Notes: a model not told the origin generated them from the letters alone. Shown: positions 18,521-29,563, numbered from the stretch's first letter. The stretch is 64,000 nt of DNA from Dehalococcoidia bacterium (GCA_965201145.1 CBDAVT010000001.1:106-64105), one strand, 5' to 3'. Program-made: numbers and translations.

Positions 18521-20602
18521 ATGGTTTCTGCTTATCCCATAGAAAATATTCGCAACATCGGGTTCATCGCCCACATCGACGCGGGCAAGACTACCGTTAC
18601 GGAAAGAGTGCTCTACTTGACCGGGCGGATTCACAAGGTTGGCGGCGTTGATGAAGGCACCACCGCCATGGACTATATGCCCCAGGAAAGAGAGCGGGGC
18701 ATCACAATTACGGCGGCGGCTACTACCGCCGAATGGGACGGGCACCGGGTCAACATTATCGACACCCCGGGGCACGTGGACTTTACCGCAGAAGTGGAAC
18801 GCAGCCTGCGAGTGCTGGACGGCGGCATAGTTGTTCTGGATGCCGTCGCCGGAGTGCAGTCCCAGTCGGAAACGGTCTGGCGGCAGGCCGATACTTACCT
18901 GGTTCCCCGAATTTGCTTCGTAAACAAGATGGATCGGGTGGGCGCCAGCTATTCCCGTACTATTGACTCCATCAAGCGGCGGCTGAAGGCTAATCCGGTT
19001 CCGGTGCAGCTGCCCATCGGCGAGGAAGAAGGGTTTGTTGGCGTCATCGACCTGGTGGGCGGACGGGCCTCCGTGTATCCCAAGGGACGCGACAACAGCA
19101 ATGGTTTGACGCCCCCGGAACAGGTGCCGGTACCCAGTGAGTACCAGGAAACCTTTGATGAATACCGTCAGGCCATGATTGAAAAGATTGTGGAGACGGA
19201 CGAAAAGCTGCTGATCCGTTATCTGGAAGGGGAGGACCTGAGCGAGGCAGACCTGAGGGCGGCTTTGCGGGAAGCGACCATCCAGCGGCAGCTGGTTCCG
19301 GTGCTTTGCGGCAGCGCAATTTCCGGCAAGGGCGTGCACCCGTTGCTGGATGCCATCGTGGACTATCTCCCCTCTCCCGCCGATGTGCCGCCGGTAGAGG
19401 GAGTTGACCCCAAGACGGAAGAACCGGACCTGCGCTTCCCCGATCCCGACAGCCCGTTGTCCGCCCTGGCTTTCAAGGTAGTTACCGACCCTTATGTGGG
19501 ACGGCTGGTATTCCTGAGAATATATTCCGGCTCGGTAAATGCCGGCGCCTCCGTTTTGAATGTCAGCAAAGGCCAGCGGGAACGAATGGGGCGATTGTTG
19601 CACATGCACGCCAACCATCGCGAGGAACTGGAAGCAATCCAGGCCGGGAATATCTGCGCCGCCGTCGGCCTCAAGAATACCTTTACCGGCGATACCATTT
19701 GCAATCAGGACAGCCCCCTCATACTTGAACCTCCCAAGTTCCCCGAACCCGTAGTTTCCGTAGCCATTGAACCCGCTTCCCGCGCCGACCAGGACCGACT
19801 TTCCGACGCCTTGCGCAAGCTGGCCGACGAGGACCCTACTTTCCAGGTCAGGTACAACGATGAGACGGCCCAGACCGTAATGTCCGGTATGGGCGAACTG
19901 CATCTGGAAGTGCTGGTGGACCGGATGCGCCGGGAATTCTCCGTTGAAGCCCACGTAGGCAGTCCCCGGGTTTCCTATCGGGAGACGCTGACCCGAGCGA
20001 TTCGAAGCGAGGGGCGCTTTGTGCGGCAGTCCGGCGGACACGGTCAGTTCGGCCACGTTTGGCTGGAAATCGAACCCCAGGAACCGGGTACGGGCAATTC
20101 CTTTGTGAATGCCATTACCGGCGGGACAATCCCCCGGGAATACATCCCCGCCGTGGAGAACGGAGTAAAACAGGCCCTGGACAACGGCCCCCTGGGCGGG
20201 TATCCGCTGGTGGACTTGAAAGTTACCCTCTACGACGGCAGCCACCATACCGTCGATTCCTCGGAAATGGCCTTTCGCAGCGCCGGGATGTTGGCCGTCC
20301 GGGAAGGAGCGCCAAAGGCCGGCCCGGTGCTGCTGGAGCCAATGGTGCAAATGGATGTGGTTACTCCCAGCGAGTATCTCAGCGAAGTATTGGGCGACCT
20401 GGGAATGCGCCGGGCCCAGATTCGCAGCATTGAGGGTGAAGAGGAAATCCAGACGGTGCGCGCAATGATACCGCTGGGTGAGACTTTCTCCTATACCACC
20501 GCTCTTCGCTCTCTAAGCCGGGGGCGCGCTTCCTTTACTATGGAGTTCAAGTATTACGAGCAAGTGCCGGAAAATCTGGTAAGGACTTTGGTCCACGCCT
20601 AG
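18521..20602 (+). CDS. fusA: Elongation factor G
   Basis: AHIDAGKTT, ERERGITI, DTPGHVDF, NKMD, GMGELHLE. Confidence 0.98.
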   Translation: MVSAYPIENIRNIGFIAHIDAGKTTVTERVLYLTGRIHKVGGVDEGTTAMDYMPQERERGITITAAATTAEWDGHRVNIIDTPGHVDFTAEVERSLRVLDGGIVVLDAVAGVQSQSETVWRQADTYLVPRICFVNKMDRVGASYSRTIDSIKRRLKANPVPVQLPIGEEEGFVGVIDLVGGRASVYPKGRDNSNGLTPPEQVPVPSEYQETFDEYRQAMIEKIVETDEKLLIRYLEGEDLSEADLRAALREATIQRQLVPVLCGSAISGKGVHPLLDAIVDYLPSPADVPPVEGVDPKTEEPDLRFPDPDSPLSALAFKVVTDPYVGRLVFLRIYSGSVNAGASVLNVSKGQRERMGRLLHMHANHREELEAIQAGNICAAVGLKNTFTGDTICNQDSPLILEPPKFPEPVVSVAIEPASRADQDRLSDALRKLADEDPTFQVRYNDETAQTVMSGMGELHLEVLVDRMRREFSVEAHVGSPRVSYRETLTRAIRSEGRFVRQSGGHGQFGHVWLEIEPQEPGTGNSFVNAITGGTIPREYIPAVENGVKQALDNGPLGGYPLVDLKVTLYDGSHHTVDSSEMAFRSAGMLAVREGAPKAGPVLLEPMVQMDVVTPSEYLSEVLGDLGMRRAQIRSIEGEEEIQTVRAMIPLGETFSYTTALRSLSRGRASFTMEFKYYEQVPENLVRTLVHA

Positions 20603-20645
20603 GCGAGTGGATGCCGCCAGAAATTAAGGTCAGGATTTAGATTTT

Positions 20646-20957
20646 ATGGTCACGCGACAGAAGGTCAGGATAATTCTCAAGTCTTTTGAACACAAAGTGC
20701 TGGACAGCTCTACCGAGCAGATCGTGGAAACGGCGGAGCGGACGGGAGCGAGAATCGCCGGCCCGGTGCCTCTGCCCACCCACATTCGGCGGTTCTGCGT
20801 GATTCGCGGCCCTCACGTGGACAAGGACTCGCGAGAACATTTCGAAATCCGAACCCACAAGCGGCTCATCGACATACTGGAGCCGACATCCAAGACCATT
20901 GATTCCCTGACTCGGCTCAATTTGCCGGCCGGGGTGGATATTTCAATCAAACTTTAG
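20646..20957 (+). CDS. rpsJ: 30S ribosomal protein S10
   Basis: [25 protein letters not shown]. Confidence 0.98.
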   Translation: MVTRQKVRIILKSFEHKVLDSSTEQIVETAERTGARIAGPVPLPTHIRRFCVIRGPHVDKDSREHFEIRTHKRLIDILEPTSKTIDSLTRLNLPAGVDISIKL

Positions 20958-21011
20958 GGCAAGCTCCGGGGCGGAAACAGCCACGGAGGCGAGTGACGAC
21001 AGGAGATAACC

Positions 21012-21647
21012 ATGCTCCGGGGATTCCTAGGCAAGAAAGTTGGAATGGGTCGGGTCTTCCGGGAAGACGGGCGAGTTGTACCAGTTACCATGATTCAAGC
21101 CGGGCCTTGCTCGGTAACCCAGATTAAAACCAACGAGACCGACGGGTACGAAGCGATTCAATTGGGCTTTGACCCGGTAAAGAAACTGAACAAGCCCAGA
21201 ACCGGCCACTTGAAAGGCAGCCCGCTGGCTCGCTACCTGCGGGAAGTCAAGGTGGACGACTTGGACGAGTTCCAGTTGGGCCAGCAGATTAAAGTGGACA
21301 TTTTCGAGCCTGGCGAACTGGTTGACGTAATCGGCAAGTCCAAGGGCCGCGGCTTTGCCGGTACGATGAAGCGGCACGGTTTCGGCGGCGGCCCCCGGAC
21401 TCACGGGCAGTCCGACCGGGCCCGGGCCCCCGGCTCCATCGGCGGCGGCACTACGCCCGGCAAAGTGTTCAAGGGCCTGAAAATGGCCGGCCACATGGGA
21501 AACGTCCGCCGGACGGTTAAGAATCTTGAAGTGGTACAGGTGGATGCGGAACGCAATCTGCTCTTTTTGAAAGGCGGAGTGCCCGGAGCGCCCAATGGAC
21601 TGCTGATGATTCGCAAGACCGGAAAACGAGCTTCCGGCGCCGCCTGA
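21012..21647 (+). CDS. rplC: 50S ribosomal protein L3
   Basis: GKKVGM, SKGRGFAG, RAPGSIG. Confidence 0.98.
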   Translation: MLRGFLGKKVGMGRVFREDGRVVPVTMIQAGPCSVTQIKTNETDGYEAIQLGFDPVKKLNKPRTGHLKGSPLARYLREVKVDDLDEFQLGQQIKVDIFEPGELVDVIGKSKGRGFAGTMKRHGFGGGPRTHGQSDRARAPGSIGGGTTPGKVFKGLKMAGHMGNVRRTVKNLEVVQVDAERNLLFLKGGVPGAPNGLLMIRKTGKRASGAA

Positions 21648-21693
21648 TTTAAGCGCGATTCTGCAGGATTTTTGGGAAGATAAGGATACTGTT

Positions 21694-22386
21694 ATGGAAA
21701 TCCCGGTTATTAATCACAGGGGCGAAACGGTAAGCCAGGTCGAGGTTGACGACTCGGTTTTTGATGTTCCGATGAATCATTCCCTGGTTCATCAGGCAGT
21801 GGTAATTTATCAAGCCAACAAGCGCCAGGGAACCCACGACACCAAGACCCGGGGAGAAGTGTCCGGCGGGGGCCGGAAACCGTGGATTCAGAAGCATACC
21901 GGCCGGGCCCGGCAAGGCAGCATCCGCTCGCCTCAATGGCGGCACGGCGGCACCGTCTTCGGCCCGCACCCCAGAGACTACCGAATGGACCTGCCCAAAC
22001 GGATGCGCCGGCAAGCCCTGAAATGCGCGCTGTCCGAAAAAATTCGCCGCGGCGGCCTCATCTGTATTGACAACCTGGACAACCTGGACGGCAAAACCAG
22101 GTCTATGGTTGCCTTGCTGGAGACTTTGGGGATTACCAGTTCAAGTATGGTGGTTACGGCAGACGCGGATGCCAACGTGAGTCGGGCCGGCCGCAATTTG
22201 CAGCGGGTATGGACTCTTCCGGTAAATCAATTGAATGCCCACGAGGTTTTGCGGCGGGCAACGCTGCTGATTACGGTGGACGCCCTGAAAAAGGGAGAGG
22301 CTATGTGGTCTGCCACCCCGAACCGTCGCCCGGCTTCGGTGCGTAACGGCGCCGCCGCCGGGGAAGCGGAGGAGGCCTCTGAATGA
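21694..22386 (+). CDS. rplD: 50S ribosomal protein L4
   Basis: RQGTH, GGGRKPWIQKHTGRARQGSIRSP. Confidence 0.98.
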   Translation: MEIPVINHRGETVSQVEVDDSVFDVPMNHSLVHQAVVIYQANKRQGTHDTKTRGEVSGGGRKPWIQKHTGRARQGSIRSPQWRHGGTVFGPHPRDYRMDLPKRMRRQALKCALSEKIRRGGLICIDNLDNLDGKTRSMVALLETLGITSSSMVVTADADANVSRAGRNLQRVWTLPVNQLNAHEVLRRATLLITVDALKKGEAMWSATPNRRPASVRNGAAAGEAEEASE

Positions 22387-22667
22387 ACATTTATGAAGTT
22401 CTGCTGAAACCGACCATCACCGAGAAAAGCACCCTGCTCCAGGAGGATGGTCGTTACACCTTTGAAGTCGCCTTGAAAGCAAACAAGGGGCTGGTTAAGG
22501 AAGCCGTAGAGAAGAACTTTAACGTGACGGTGACCGATGTCAACATCACCATGCTCCGCGGCAAGCGCAAAAGGTACGGCCCCAAGATAAAGAAGCAGCC
22601 CGATACCAAGAAGGCGGTAGTAACCCTGAAAGCGGGCGATCGCATTAACTTGGTAGAAGGTCTTTAG
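22383..22667 (+). CDS. rplW: 50S ribosomal protein L23
   Basis: PTITEKS, KKAVVTL. Confidence 0.97.
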   Translation: MNIYEVLLKPTITEKSTLLQEDGRYTFEVALKANKGLVKEAVEKNFNVTVTDVNITMLRGKRKRYGPKIKKQPDTKKAVVTLKAGDRINLVEGL

Positions 22668-22699
22668 GCCGACGGGATTCCCCGGCAAAGGAACTAGCT

Positions 22700-23530
22700 A
22701 TGCCACTGAAGAATCTGAAACCAATAACTCCCGGCACGCGTAACGCAGTCCGCCCTTCCTTTGAGGAGATAACGCGCAGGAAACCGGAAAAATCGTTGCT
22801 GGAGCCGCTGGCCAAGCACGCCGGTCGCAATAACCGGGGGCGCATCACTACCCGCAGCCGGGGCGGCGGCAGTCGTCGGATGTATCGAGCCGTGGACTTC
22901 AAACGGAAAAAGGACGGTGTGCCCGGTCGGGTCGTCTCCATTGAGTATGACCCCAATCGCACTACCCGGATTGCCCTTATCTACTATGCCGACGGCGAAA
23001 AGAGCTACATCCTGGCTCCCATTGGCTTGGAAGTGGATCAGTGGATCGAAGCCGGGCCCAATGCTGAAATCACGCCGGGCAATGCCCTGCCTTTGCGCAA
23101 CATTCCCACCGGCACGGTGATTCACAATCTGGAATTGACCCCCGGACGGGGCGGCCAACTGGTAAGGAGCGCCGGCGTAGGCGCCCAGGTGCTTTCCCGG
23201 GAAGGCGAGTACGTCCTGATACGGCTGCCTTCGGGTGAAATGCGCCGGGTACTGCTCAATTGCCGGGCCAGCGTCGGGCAGTTGTCCAACCCGGACCACA
23301 AAAATGAGAGTCTGGGTAAAGCCGGGGCCAGCCGACACCTGGGCCGAAGGCCGAAAGTTAGGGGAGTTGCCAAGAATCCGGTGGATCATCCCCACGGCGG
23401 CGGTGAAGGACGGTCTCCCATCGGAATGCCCGGGCCCAAGACGCCCACCGGGAAACCGACCCTGGGCTACAAGACTCGCAGGAAGACGAAGACCAGCAGC
23501 AAATTCGTAATACGCGGCAGGCGGCGGTAA
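22700..23530 (+). CDS. rplB: 50S ribosomal protein L2
   Basis: [19 protein letters not shown]. Confidence 0.98.
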   Translation: MPLKNLKPITPGTRNAVRPSFEEITRRKPEKSLLEPLAKHAGRNNRGRITTRSRGGGSRRMYRAVDFKRKKDGVPGRVVSIEYDPNRTTRIALIYYADGEKSYILAPIGLEVDQWIEAGPNAEITPGNALPLRNIPTGTVIHNLELTPGRGGQLVRSAGVGAQVLSREGEYVLIRLPSGEMRRVLLNCRASVGQLSNPDHKNESLGKAGASRHLGRRPKVRGVAKNPVDHPHGGGEGRSPIGMPGPKTPTGKPTLGYKTRRKTKTSSKFVIRGRRR

Positions 23531-23533
23531 AGT

Positions 23534-23818
23534 ATGTCCAGATCAGTTAAGAAGGGGCCTTACGTACACCCCAAGCTAATGAAGAAAGTAAACGCAGTTC
23601 AGCGAGCCGGAGCTGCCACGGTAATCCGGACCTGGTCTCGGGCTTCCATGATTATGCCCGAAATGGTGGGACTGACCATGGGCGTTCACGACGGTCGCCG
23701 GCACATACCGGTCTTTGTAACCGAGAATATGGTGGGCCATCGGCTGGGGGAGTTTGCCCCTACCCGAACCTACCGAGGCCATGTCTCCCGCTCTGAGCGG
23801 ACCAGCCGGGTGAGGTGA
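23534..23818 (+). CDS. rpsS: 30S ribosomal protein S19
   Basis: [22 protein letters not shown]. Confidence 0.98.
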   Translation: MSRSVKKGPYVHPKLMKKVNAVQRAGAATVIRTWSRASMIMPEMVGLTMGVHDGRRHIPVFVTENMVGHRLGEFAPTRTYRGHVSRSERTSRVR

Positions 23819-23822
23819 CGCT

Positions 23823-24170
23823 ATGCCGCCGGTAAAAGCCGTAGCCAAGCAGATTGGCGCCTCCCAGAAGCGCCTCAAGCCAATTCTGGACCTGGTGCGG
23901 GGCCAGGATGTGGACGCCGCGCTGAGTGCCTTGAGTCTCCTGCAGTCGCCCTGGGCCCGGACAGTTTACAAGGTGGTTCAGTCGGCCGCTTCCAACGCCG
24001 AGAATAATATGCTGATGAACCGGGACAACCTGCGTATCGTGCGAATTACCGCCGACCCCGCAACTTCCGTAAAGCGTTTTCGTCCTCGAGCCCGCGGGCG
24101 CATTGGACGAATTACCAAGCGTTCCAGCCATATCACCGTAGTAGTCGATGAAATAGAAGGGGAGGCCTAG
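23823..24170 (+). CDS. rplV: 50S ribosomal protein L22
   Basis: SAASNAENN, RPRARGR, SHITVVV. Confidence 0.97.
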   Translation: MPPVKAVAKQIGASQKRLKPILDLVRGQDVDAALSALSLLQSPWARTVYKVVQSAASNAENNMLMNRDNLRIVRITADPATSVKRFRPRARGRIGRITKRSSHITVVVDEIEGEA

Positions 24171-24173
24171 CTT

Positions 24174-24956
24174 ATGGGCCACAAGACACATCCATACGGG
24201 TTCCGGTTGGGTATAATCAAGGACTGGAAAACTCACTGGTACGCCAATAACGCCGCCAGCTATCGCGGACTGGTTCTGGAAGACCTGAAACTGCGCAACA
24301 CGGTGCATAACGAGTACCGGGGGTTCTCCGACGCCGGAATTTCCCGAGTGGAGATTGACCGGGGCGCCCAGGACACGGTAATCAATATTCACTCAGCCCG
24401 GCCCGGCATCCTTATCGGCCGGGACGGCGAACGGGTGAAGAATCTGCGCAGCAAGCTGGAGGGCATTACCCGTCGCCGGGTGCAGCTCAATATCGTCGAA
24501 ATTGAACAGCCGGAGCTGGACCCTTACCTGGTGGGACGCAATATAGCCGACCAGTTACAGCGCCGGGTAGCCTACCGCCGGGCTATGCGCCAGGCGGCCC
24601 AGCGGGCCATGCAGGCCGGCGCCCAGGGCATCAAGATTATCGCTAAAGGACGCATTTCCGGCGCGGAGATTGCCCGTACCGAGAAGCTGATGATGGGACA
24701 GGTTCCCCTGCATACCCTGCGGGCCGACATCGAGTATGCCCTGGCCGAAGCGGCTACCGCGATGGGGCGAATCGGAATTAAAGTCTGGATTTACCGAGGC
24801 GAGATTCTCCCGCCGCCGCCCGAGATTGTAGAGGAACTGGAAAATATTGAGGTTCGGGTCGAGTCGGGGCCCGACGATGAAGATTTGACCGAGGCCATCG
24901 CCGACGACGTTATCGACGGTGTGCCCATCAGGGGGGCTTTCGATGTTGCAACCTAA
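24174..24956 (+). CDS. rpsC: 30S ribosomal protein S3
   Basis: [28 protein letters not shown]. Confidence 0.98.
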   Translation: MGHKTHPYGFRLGIIKDWKTHWYANNAASYRGLVLEDLKLRNTVHNEYRGFSDAGISRVEIDRGAQDTVINIHSARPGILIGRDGERVKNLRSKLEGITRRRVQLNIVEIEQPELDPYLVGRNIADQLQRRVAYRRAMRQAAQRAMQAGAQGIKIIAKGRISGAEIARTEKLMMGQVPLHTLRADIEYALAEAATAMGRIGIKVWIYRGEILPPPPEIVEELENIEVRVESGPDDEDLTEAIADDVIDGVPIRGAFDVAT

Positions 24957-25377
24957 GCGAACCAAGTACCGCAAAATGGGTCGGGGCCGCCGGAAGGGTA
25001 TGGCTACTACCGGCAACAGTGTCCATTTTGGGGAGTATGGCCTGAAGGCTATGGGCGCCGAGTGGATTACCGCCCGCCAGATTGAGTCGGCTCGTATCGC
25101 CATTACCCGCCACCTCCAGAGGGGCGGTCAGGTTTGGATTCGGGTATTCCCGGACAAGCCCATCAGCAAGAAACCCGCCGAAGTGCGGATGGGTGGCGGC
25201 AAGGCGGCCAACGACCACTGGGTGGCCGTGGTTAAGCCGGGGCGCATTCTGTTTGAAGTAGGCGGCGTCCCGGGGAATCAGGCCGTCGAGGCCCTCCGGC
25301 TGGCCTCCCACAAGCTGCCGATCCCGACCAAGACGGTGCAACGGGACCAGGTAGCGGCAAGTTTGGGCAGTTCCTAA
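24943..25377 (+). CDS. rplP: 50S ribosomal protein L16
   Basis: [19 protein letters not shown]; ATG at 24943. Confidence 0.97.
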   Translation: MLQPKRTKYRKMGRGRRKGMATTGNSVHFGEYGLKAMGAEWITARQIESARIAITRHLQRGGQVWIRVFPDKPISKKPAEVRMGGGKAANDHWVAVVKPGRILFEVGGVPGNQAVEALRLASHKLPIPTKTVQRDQVAASLGSS

Positions 25378-25396
25378 TTGAAGTAAAGGGCTTGGC

Positions 25397-25594
25397 ATGG
25401 ACATTCAGGAAATACGTTCTCTCACCGACCAGCAATTAACGGAAGAGCTGAGCAAAACTTATCGGGAATTGATGAATCTCCGCTTTCGGGCGGCGACCAA
25501 TCAGCTCATCGATACTAATCAGCCCCGGAAAACCCGGAAGGACATCGCCCGCCTGTTGACGGTGATGCGGGAACGAAACATTACGGTGAATTAA
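25397..25594 (+). CDS. rpmC: 50S ribosomal protein L29
   Basis: ELMNLRF, RKDIARLLT; operon position. Confidence 0.95.
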   Translation: MDIQEIRSLTDQQLTEELSKTYRELMNLRFRAATNQLIDTNQPRKTRKDIARLLTVMRERNITVN

Positions 25595-25596
25595 AT

Positions 25597-25965
25597 ATGT
25601 CAAAAGAGATGCGCAAGGTGCGCACCGGCGAGGTAATCCGAACCAGTATGGACCGAACCGCAGTAGTGGAGATGGTGTGGAAACAGCGACACCGGCTGTA
25701 TCGAAAGCCGGTCCGCCGAGTTACTCGATTCTACGTCCACGACCCGCAGAATCAGTGCCGCGTGGGTGATACGGTGCGAATTCAGGAGACTCGCCCGATT
25801 TCCAGAACCAAACACTGGCGCCTGCTGGAAATTTTGCAGCGCCGACAGGTGGCCGAGATACAGCCCATCGAACTGGAAACGGACCTGAATGTCGAGTTAG
25901 CCGGCGCGGCGGAAGTTGCGGACTCCCTGGAGGAGAATGACGCCGCGGGAGAGGCCGAACAATGA
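25597..25965 (+). CDS. rpsQ: 30S ribosomal protein S17
   Basis: [22 protein letters not shown]; acidic tail. Confidence 0.96.
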   Translation: MSKEMRKVRTGEVIRTSMDRTAVVEMVWKQRHRLYRKPVRRVTRFYVHDPQNQCRVGDTVRIQETRPISRTKHWRLLEILQRRQVAEIQPIELETDLNVELAGAAEVADSLEENDAAGEAEQ

Positions 25966-26330
25966 TTCAAACATATACCCGATTAAATGTGGCCGATAAC
26001 AGCGGCGCCAAGCTCATCCGGCTAATCAATATTCCGGGAGCCAGCCGGCGGAAGTATGCCAAGGTGGGAGACGTAATCGTCTGCACCGTCCGGGAAGCAG
26101 TGCCAAACTCCCCGGTGCGGAAGGGGACCGTAGTCAAAGCAGTAGTAGTCCGACAGGCACAGGCTTTGCTCCGTCCCGACGGCACCTATATCAAGTTTGA
26201 CGACAATGCCGCAGTGATTATCCAGGATAACCTGATGCCCCGGGGGACTCGCATATTCGGGCCGGTAGCCCGCGAGTTGCGGGAAAAGGGATTTATGCGG
26301 ATAGTTTCCCTGGCGCCGGAGGTGGTCTGA
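25962..26330 (+). CDS. rplN: 50S ribosomal protein L14
   Basis: [21 protein letters not shown]. Confidence 0.98.
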   Translation: MIQTYTRLNVADNSGAKLIRLINIPGASRRKYAKVGDVIVCTVREAVPNSPVRKGTVVKAVVVRQAQALLRPDGTYIKFDDNAAVIIQDNLMPRGTRIFGPVARELREKGFMRIVSLAPEVV

Positions 26331-26650
26331 TGAATATTCGCAGCGGCGACGAGGTGCTGGTTATCGCCGGGAAGGATAAGGGAAAAACCGGCCGGGTCGA
26401 GCGTCAGTTGGTTGCCGAGAACCGCATAGTGGTAGAAGGGGTCAACGTTATCACCCGCCATATCAAGCCCAGACCGGGACTGCGCCAGGCTGGCCGTATT
26501 CAGCAGGAAGCTTCCATTCATATTTCCAACGTAATGCTTATCTGCAACAAGTGCAGCGGCACGATACGACCCAAGTCGATAACCCTGGAAACCGGTCTAA
26601 GAGTTCGGGGATGCCCCAAGTGCAAGGAAGTGATCGACGATGCCCGATAA
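26330..26650 (+). CDS. rplX: 50S ribosomal protein L24
   Basis: GDEVLVIAGKDKGK, EASIHISNV. Confidence 0.97.
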   Translation: MNIRSGDEVLVIAGKDKGKTGRVERQLVAENRIVVEGVNVITRHIKPRPGLRQAGRIQQEASIHISNVMLICNKCSGTIRPKSITLETGLRVRGCPKCKEVIDDAR

Positions 26651-27335
26651 CGAACAGAATGAACAGCAGGCGGCCAATTCCGGGTCGGGAAACCAGCAAG
26701 CCCCCCGACAGCAGCGTCAGTCCCGGGGCCGCCAGGGCGGCGGAGCGGCAACGGCGGAAGCGGAAGTCGCGGAGCAGTCCGGGCCGCCTTTTCCCCGACT
26801 GCTGGAAACTTACCGGAACGAAATAGTCCCCGCAATGATGACGGAATTTGGGTTCAGCAACGTTATGCGGGTGCCCCGAGTTCAGAAAATTGTGGTGAAT
26901 ATCGGTCTGGGCGAAGCCCTGACCAATGGGCGCGCGATGGAAGCCGCCACCCGCGACCTGACCACCATTACCGGGCAAAAGCCGATTATTACCCGGGCCC
27001 GGAAGTCTATCGCCGGCTTCAAGCTGCGAGAAGGAAATCCGGTAGGAACCTGCGTTACCTTGAGAGGGGCCAGGATGTACCATTTCCTGGACCGATTGAT
27101 TAATACGGCCCTGCCTCGTATCCGGGACTTCCGCGGCATTTCCCGTCGGGGATTTGACGGACGCGGCAATTTCTCCATCGGTATCCGGGAACAGATAATT
27201 TTTCCTGAAATCGATTACAACCAGATCGACCGGTTCCGGGGCTTTCAGGTAACAATTATTACCACGGCCCAAAATGACGCCGAGTCCATGCGACTCCTGG
27301 AACTGTTCGGAATGCCCTTTATTCGACAGAATTAA
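26640..27335 (+). CDS. rplE: 50S ribosomal protein L5
   Basis: KIVVNIGLGEA, LPRIRDFRG, IFPEIDY; N-terminal extension. Confidence 0.97.
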   Translation: MPDNEQNEQQAANSGSGNQQAPRQQRQSRGRQGGGAATAEAEVAEQSGPPFPRLLETYRNEIVPAMMTEFGFSNVMRVPRVQKIVVNIGLGEALTNGRAMEAATRDLTTITGQKPIITRARKSIAGFKLREGNPVGTCVTLRGARMYHFLDRLINTALPRIRDFRGISRRGFDGRGNFSIGIREQIIFPEIDYNQIDRFRGFQVTIITTAQNDAESMRLLELFGMPFIRQN

Positions 27336-27369
27336 TTCCTGAAAATTAGTAACCGTCTGAGGAGCTGTC

Positions 27370-27555
27370 TTGGCAAAGAAGTCAATGATCCAAAAGTGGA
27401 TGCGGGAGCCTAAATACCCGGTGCGGAAATATAACCGCTGTAATCGCTGCGGACGGCCCAGAGCTTACATCCGGTACTTTGGCATTTGCCGAATTTGCTT
27501 CCGACAGTTAGCCTTGACCGGTGACTTGCCGGGGATTCGCAAAGCCAGTTGGTAA
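27370..27555 (+). CDS. rpsZ: 30S ribosomal protein S14 type Z
   Basis: 61 aa with CxxC...CxxC, PGIRKASW. Confidence 0.96.
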   Translation: MAKKSMIQKWMREPKYPVRKYNRCNRCGRPRAYIRYFGICRICFRQLALTGDLPGIRKASW

Positions 27556-27614
27556 AGCGCGACGGCGCCGGAAAGTTTCCCATCATTGTCTGAAGACCAG
27601 GAGAAAAAAGGAAT

Positions 27615-28013
27615 ATGCCGGTTAATGACCCAGTAGCAGATATGCTGACCCGGATTCGCAACGGGATTCACGCCCGCCACGAATCGGTGTTAGTGCCTCA
27701 TTCCAGGCTGAAAGCATCGGTGGCTGCCATCCTGAAAGAGCAGGGTTACATTCGGGATTTTGATATGCCCCGGGGCCACCAGTTTCCCACAATGCGGGTG
27801 CATCTGGCTTACCGCACCGGGCGGGAGCCGGTTATCAGCGGTCTGAAGCGGGTCAGCAAGCCCGGGTTGCGAGTTTATGTCGGCAAGGGCGAAATTCCCC
27901 GGGTGTATGGCGGCTTGGGTCTGGCTATTCTCTCAACTTCGCAAGGGGTGATGAGCGGCCGGCAGGCCTGGCGACTCGGCATAGGAGGAGAATTGCTCTG
28001 TTATGTCTGGTAA
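27615..28013 (+). CDS. rpsH: 30S ribosomal protein S8
   Basis: DPVADMLTRIRN, SKPGLRVY. Confidence 0.98.
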   Translation: MPVNDPVADMLTRIRNGIHARHESVLVPHSRLKASVAAILKEQGYIRDFDMPRGHQFPTMRVHLAYRTGREPVISGLKRVSKPGLRVYVGKGEIPRVYGGLGLAILSTSQGVMSGRQAWRLGIGGELLCYVW

Positions 28014-28593
28014 TCCGCTGCAACGAGAACAGACCGAAGGAAGGACCCTTTCCCGCATTGGCCGCAAGCCTATTCCCGTGCCGGACGGAGTCCGGGTAGA
28101 AGTAGGCTACGGCGAGATAACCGTTACCGGCCCCCGAGGGGTCCTTACCCAACGCTACCACCCGGAAGTTATTGTGCGGGTAGCGGATGGGCAGGTGCTG
28201 GTAGATCGCTTGTCGGAACGCAAGTTTCACCACGCCCTGCACGGCCTGACCCGAAGCCTGATTGCCAATGCTCTGGTGGGTGTAACGGAAGGCTACACCA
28301 AAACCCTGGAGTTAATGGGTGTAGGCTATCGGGTTCAGCAATCGGGAGACGGTATAGTCCTCAACGTAGGCTACAGTCACCCGGTGGAGATTAAACCCCG
28401 GGAAGGCGTTACTCTGGAGGTGGAAGGAAATAACCGGGTCCACGTCCGGGGCATCGACAAACAGAAGGTAGGCGAACTGGCAGCCCAGGTACGGAAAGTT
28501 CGTCCCCCCAACGCATACAAGGAAAAAGGTATCCGCTACCAGGGCGAGGTGCTTCACTTCAAGCCCGGCAAGGCGGCCGCCCGCAAAGCATAA
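28003..28593 (+). CDS. rplF: 50S ribosomal protein L6 (start uncertain)
   Basis: SRIGRKPI, GVGYR, GYSHP, YKEKGIRY. Confidence 0.96.
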   Translation: MSGNPLQREQTEGRTLSRIGRKPIPVPDGVRVEVGYGEITVTGPRGVLTQRYHPEVIVRVADGQVLVDRLSERKFHHALHGLTRSLIANALVGVTEGYTKTLELMGVGYRVQQSGDGIVLNVGYSHPVEIKPREGVTLEVEGNNRVHVRGIDKQKVGELAAQVRKVRPPNAYKEKGIRYQGEVLHFKPGKAAARKA

Positions 28594-28637
28594 CTGACCT
28601 GACCGGATAACCATCCAACGGAGAGTAAGGCTAGAAA

Positions 28638-29006
28638 ATGCCCAGAGACAGAGATGCCCGTAAACTCAGGAACGTGCGACACCGCCGAGTGCGTAAGAAG
28701 GTTTCCGGTACGCCGGAACAGCCCAGGCTATGCGTGTTTCGCAGTTTGCGGTCTATTTACGCCCAGATAATTGACGATACCGGGGGGACAACCCTGGTGG
28801 CCGTCTCCAGTCAGGAAACGGCTGACGCGAACAACGAAGCAATACGCCCCAAGACGGCGGTTTCTACGGCGGTAGGCGCGCTCCTGGCCCAACGCGCCCA
28901 GGAACGGGGAATTACCCGGGTAGTCTTCGACCGGGGCGGTTACAAGTATCACGGACGGGTTAAGGCTCTGGCCGAAGCGGCCCGCGAGGGAGGGTTACAG
29001 TTCTAA
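28638..29006 (+). CDS. rplR: 50S ribosomal protein L18
   Basis: [20 protein letters not shown]. Confidence 0.98.
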   Translation: MPRDRDARKLRNVRHRRVRKKVSGTPEQPRLCVFRSLRSIYAQIIDDTGGTTLVAVSSQETADANNEAIRPKTAVSTAVGALLAQRAQERGITRVVFDRGGYKYHGRVKALAEAAREGGLQF

Positions 29007-29539
29007 TGGTTAACGCTGCCAGCAGACCCAGATCCAGCAGACCGCCCCGGGAAGGGGAAGAAGACCCTTCCGGGTTTACTGAGAGAGTAGTCTATACTCG
29101 CCGTATCGCCAAAGTAGTCAAAGGCGGCCGCCGACTGCGCTTTAACGCCCTGGTTGTTGTGGGCGACGGCGGCGGCAATGTGGGCGCGGGAATGGGCAAG
29201 GCCCTGGTTATTCCCGATGCGGTCAGAAAGGGGAACGCCATCGCCCGGCGCAGTATAGTTCAGGTGCCAATCAAGGGAAGCACGATTCCCCATGAAATGA
29301 CCGTTAAGGTCGGCGCTTCCATCGTAGTCCTCAAGCCGGCCCCGGAAGGAACCGGGATAATCGCCGCCGGAGCGATGCGCGCCATCCTGGAACTGGCCGG
29401 CGTAAGGGACGTGGTAGGCAAGTCCCTGGGTTCCAGAAACCCTATAAATACAGTTCAAGCTACCCTGGAGGCCCTGCGTCGGCTCCGGGACCCACAGGTG
29501 GAAGTCGCCCGCCGCCTGGGTAACCAATCCGCCGGTTAA
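29006..29539 (+). CDS. rpsE: 30S ribosomal protein S5
   Basis: KVVKGGRR, PAPEGTGIIA. Confidence 0.97.
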   Translation: MVNAASRPRSSRPPREGEEDPSGFTERVVYTRRIAKVVKGGRRLRFNALVVVGDGGGNVGAGMGKALVIPDAVRKGNAIARRSIVQVPIKGSTIPHEMTVKVGASIVVLKPAPEGTGIIAAGAMRAILELAGVRDVVGKSLGSRNPINTVQATLEALRRLRDPQVEVARRLGNQSAG

Positions 29540-29563
29540 AGGCGAAATTCGACAGGTGTTTCG

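Noticed and set aside
18443-20350. 635-aa minus-strand ORF
   Set aside because: Antisense shadow of fusA.
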